A stretch of 20,000 bases of DNA from an uncultured virus (IMG/VR IMGVR_UViG_3300022074_000022) (Duplodnaviria; Heunggongvirae; Uroviricota; Caudoviricetes), in the IMG/VR virus record IMGVR_UViG_3300022074_000022. One strand, 5' to 3'. A program made the position numbers and the translations under genes. How positions within the stretch are numbered: position 1 is the first letter of the stretch; each line of letters starts with the position of its first letter. Shown here piece by piece: positions 17,238 through 20,000 of this stretch. Under the pieces are notes generated by a model. It was given only the letters and a program-made list of their open reading frames with translations, was not told the origin of the DNA and did not search any database.

Positions 17238-18583
17238 CAGTTACTATCTCCACTGCCTGACGCTCCCACCCACGCAGCAACCCAGTTGCCGATACCCATA
17301 GCGAGGGCGTCTTTTTGTTCTTGTTTGTAAAGTTCTTTTGTATTGGCAAATTCCATAGCCATGATGCCGACTTCATGCTGTCGTTGAAGGTAGGATTCTC
17401 CCTTTTGGAAGTTCCACGCGGCGACATCACGGTACTGTTGCCACAGATTATTTAGTGCATTTTGTGAGGCGTTAAAGACGTTTTGAACATCTATTCTGTT
17501 CGACTCATTCTGGGCGGCTGTGTTTGCGGTATTGACGTCTCTGCGCCACACAGCGTTAGATTGATCTACAGCGTACTGCATGTTTGCATTGAACTTGTCG
17601 CGAGCGTCTCTCAAAGAAGCGCCGTACTGCGTCATAGCGTTTTCTTCACTCGTATTGAACTGCTCCATAGCCGCTAGGCGGTTAGCGTTCGCTGTTTCAA
17701 CTTGTGCGCCAAGCTCAGCGAAAAACTCTTCTACTTGTATTTCGTTTTTAGCGTTGAGTTGAAGACGGGCGTTATCCGCAGCCGCATCTTTGAACAGGGC
17801 TTGAGTGAGCGCGTTGTACGACAGGGTGTTAGCCTGTTGCTGCGCCTGCATATTTTTAGTTTCGGTGGCAAGAAGAATTTGCGCGTTTGTGACGGCGGAC
17901 TGCATCCGTGCAGACAGGTTGGCCTTGTCCATAGCGGCGAATGTAGAGGAATTCTTCAACGCCATTTGCTGCGTGTTATTCAGGTTTGCAAGCTGCATCG
18001 TTTGATACTTTTTCGCATCATCTGCAGCAATACCAACTCCAGACTCTAGGACAGCCTGAGTCATAGCCATAGCGGCCATAGACGAGCTACCAAGACCGCG
18101 AGCCTGCATCACACCTGAAATCTTACGAACAGCCGGTGCTGCCCACGCTGGCAGAGGTTCTCCAGCCTCGATGCTCGACATGAGCTTGCCTAGCTGAAAT
18201 GACGTCGTGGCTCTTTCGTCTAACTCAGCCGTTGCAGCAACGCCTATAGACTCCGGAGAAACAGTGCCCTGAATCTCTTCGAAGCCCATGTCCGTGTCTA
18301 TCGTGGCTGCTTTTGCTTCTCCTATTTGAGGAGTAATTTCCGTTGTTTGAGCTATCTGACCTAAGTCTTGCGTCGCAGTAGCAGCTATATTCGATAGACC
18401 TGTCGGATCAGCTTGGGCTGTGGTGAGTTGATTTACAGGATCAAGCAGCGTCCCCTCTGTGTCGAGAAGAGTATCCGGGGTTGCAGTTATTTCTTCAGTG
18501 ATGCTTCCCGGAAGATTTGCACCACCGAGCGCTCCCATTTTACTCACTGCAGTTTTAAGCTGCTCTTCGTTGTTTATCGCCAT
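17237..18583 (-). CDS. Putative virion structural/ejection protein, Ala/Gln/Asn-rich coiled coil (448 aa)
   Basis: Thr-rich N-terminus, RGLGSSSMAA motif, long A/Q/N-rich helical region with (Q/K/V)FN repeats, and a hydrophobic C-terminal helix. Confidence 0.55.
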   Translation of the reverse strand: MAINNEEQLKTAVSKMGALGGANLPGSITEEITATPDTLLDTEGTLLDPVNQLTTAQADPTGLSNIAATATQDLGQIAQTTEITPQIGEAKAATIDTDMGFEEIQGTVSPESIGVAATAELDERATTSFQLGKLMSSIEAGEPLPAWAAPAVRKISGVMQARGLGSSSMAAMAMTQAVLESGVGIAADDAKKYQTMQLANLNNTQQMALKNSSTFAAMDKANLSARMQSAVTNAQILLATETKNMQAQQQANTLSYNALTQALFKDAAADNARLQLNAKNEIQVEEFFAELGAQVETANANRLAAMEQFNTSEENAMTQYGASLRDARDKFNANMQYAVDQSNAVWRRDVNTANTAAQNESNRIDVQNVFNASQNALNNLWQQYRDVAAWNFQKGESYLQRQHEVGIMAMEFANTKELYKQEQKDALAMGIGNWVAAWVGASGSGDSN

Positions 18584-18783
18584 TACTTAATTCCCATAAA
18601 TACTGTGACGACCATAGCCACAACTAGAATCGTGCTACCCATAATCATCGCCTCAAGCCGCCACATGCGCTTGTCGAGGGCGTCGAGCTTCTCTTGCACA
18701 GCGGCATAGCGAATAGCGCACTCCTTCTCGTGTGCTTCGAGTTCCATCTGGGTTTTGAGTACGGGTTCCATCGCCATCTTCAT
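18583..18783 (-). CDS. Small coiled-coil membrane protein (XhlA/holin-like), 66 aa
   Basis: HEKECAIRY coiled-coil segment followed by one C-terminal hydrophobic helix (AMIMGSTILVVAMVVTVFMGI). Confidence 0.55.
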   Translation of the reverse strand: MKMAMEPVLKTQMELEAHEKECAIRYAAVQEKLDALDKRMWRLEAMIMGSTILVVAMVVTVFMGIK

Positions 18784-18971
18784 CAGTCGGCGTCGAGGAT
18801 TGTCAGGTCACCGGCTGCGACCTGTCGTTGAATTTCGGCGTAGTGGCGATTGCCGGGAGAGTTATTAGGAACATACCAAGTGTAGCCATCTACAACTATT
18901 TTAATAGATGGCGTACTGTTTGTAAGAGAATCAAATTGATACTGTGCCGATGTTATATTCATGCTGTTCAT
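18783..18971 (-). CDS. Putative tail fibre assembly chaperone-like small protein (62 aa)
   Basis: Directly follows the tail fibre gene. YVP...NRHYAEI.RQV.AG.LTI.DAD resembles small proteins that follow phage fibre genes. Confidence 0.55.
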   Translation of the reverse strand: MNSMNITSAQYQFDSLTNSTPSIKIVVDGYTWYVPNNSPGNRHYAEIQRQVAAGDLTILDAD

Positions 18972-18973
18972 AA

Positions 18974-19999
18974 TTACAACTCCGAAGTCATAATGAAAAT
19001 GCCGTTGTTGCTACCATTATATATTATTCCCGGCCTATACTGGGCAAGAGTACCAGAAGCTAAATTTGCATCAAATTCAACGGATGTTTCGTTGGAATAA
19101 GTAAGAGTAAATGATGTTATAGTTCCTGTACTTTGACCATCATAAACATCTAAAGTACCGCTAACACCTAAAGATGGAGACGCTCTCATAGTAACTGGTA
19201 AAACTGCCCCCATCCGATTTACAGCAGTGTTTGTTCCCATTACCCCCCTAAAAGGTAATTCTGTATGCTGCTGATAATACCTCTGACATTTCTGCAACGT
19301 GGTTCCAGCGTCTTCATGCTCAAAATCCGTCGCAACAGAGCCGACCTCAACCTGCACGCCGGTCAGATACCACGTTGCATTAAGCGTCCCAAGCACATCT
19401 GTCGTTGCGCCTGTCGCAGAGTTTTTGTCCCCCGCTGCCCAAGCTCCTGCCGTGCCGCTGTAAGTTGAACCCACACCCAAGCCCCACACCACTTGAAGAC
19501 TACGACCAGTGTCTGTGGCCCAAGTTCCAGTCGTATCACCAGCTACAGTGATGGTCTTACGTTCCCAAGTATCCGCACTGCTAATTGTGTATGTGAACGG
19601 ATAGTTTCTATTGTCTGAGCCGTTACCAAATGCACCGCCGTGTGTGCCGGTGATTGAGCTTCGGACATAGAATGAAAGCGTCACTGTCTTTGCGGCAGAG
19701 GTTCCCCAATTAAGGTGAGAAACAGTGTTGCCTTCCAATCGTGTAGCAACAATCAACCTCTGACCCGCTGCTATGGATGCGTCTGCCGTCGTTGTCTGTA
19801 CCTTCAGTGCGTGAGTGAAATCGTCTGGGACTACCGACGTTTCTTGACTGAGAGTAAATGCGCCATCTGAATCATGAAAATCAAAAAACCTGTCGATGCC
19901 ATAGTTCACACCGGCACCGTGACCAGTGAATGAGGTTCCGCGACTACTTATTTTCATAGAGCCGTTGATAACAAGGTTTCTGCCCGTGATGCCACCGGC
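18974..19999 (-). CDS. Tail fibre / receptor-binding protein (5' end outside the window)
   Basis: The frame stays open to the window edge (AGGITGRNLVINGSMKISSRGTSF), so ATG 19957 is internal. RNLxING..QRG-like start, DRF, TLSFYVRSS, TGVQVEVG.ATDFE and CQRYY are features of beta-rich phage fibre modules. Confidence 0.72.
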   Translation of the reverse strand, partial: AGGITGRNLVINGSMKISSRGTSFTGHGAGVNYGIDRFFDFHDSDGAFTLSQETSVVPDDFTHALKVQTTTADASIAAGQRLIVATRLEGNTVSHLNWGTSAAKTVTLSFYVRSSITGTHGGAFGNGSDNRNYPFTYTISSADTWERKTITVAGDTTGTWATDTGRSLQVVWGLGVGSTYSGTAGAWAAGDKNSATGATTDVLGTLNATWYLTGVQVEVGSVATDFEHEDAGTTLQKCQRYYQQHTELPFRGVMGTNTAVNRMGAVLPVTMRASPSLGVSGTLDVYDGQSTGTITSFTLTYSNETSVEFDANLASGTLAQYRPGIIYNGSNNGIFIMTSEL

Positions 20000-20000
20000 A

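Noticed and set aside
9085..19468. Many 60-214 aa plus-strand ORFs opposite the virion genes, and similar minus-strand ORFs opposite the replication genes
   Set aside because: Antisense shadows of long genes, with no RBS, no recognisable motifs and atypical composition.
18974..20000. Diversity-generating retroelement or invertible cassette at the tail fibre
   Set aside because: No reverse transcriptase, recombinase, template/variable repeat pair or inverted repeats are visible in the window.

Overview
This 20-kb window comes from a T7-like (podovirus-type) phage genome, most similar in architecture to marine HMO-2011-type phages. The left arm (+ strand, 1-8539) is a replication and nucleotide-metabolism module: the end of an HNH-type gene, a family A DNA polymerase split into a 3'-5' exonuclease ORF and a polymerase ORF with a DnaJ-like CxxCxGxG zinc finger, a putative SSB, a Cas4-like nuclease, a T7 endonuclease I-like resolvase, MazG, a DUF3310 protein, a class II (B12-dependent) ribonucleotide reductase and several small ORFs. 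The right arm (- strand, 20000-8523) is a translationally coupled virion module: a tail fibre, its probable chaperone, a small membrane protein, several internal-virion/ejection-type proteins and a small basic GG-repeat/EF-hand protein. The most notable observations are (1) the split polymerase, whose second half has its own RBS; (2) convergent arms that overlap, each with its intrinsic terminator hidden inside a gene of the opposite arm, predicting about 870 nt of mutual antisense overlap; (3) no CCWGG or CCWWGG sites found on manual reading; (4) an AT-rich cassette spanning the tail-fibre tip and chaperone N-terminus; (5) two small ORFs not in the supplied track. No rRNA, tRNA or CRISPR array was seen. 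All family assignments come from motif recognition by eye, not database searches.
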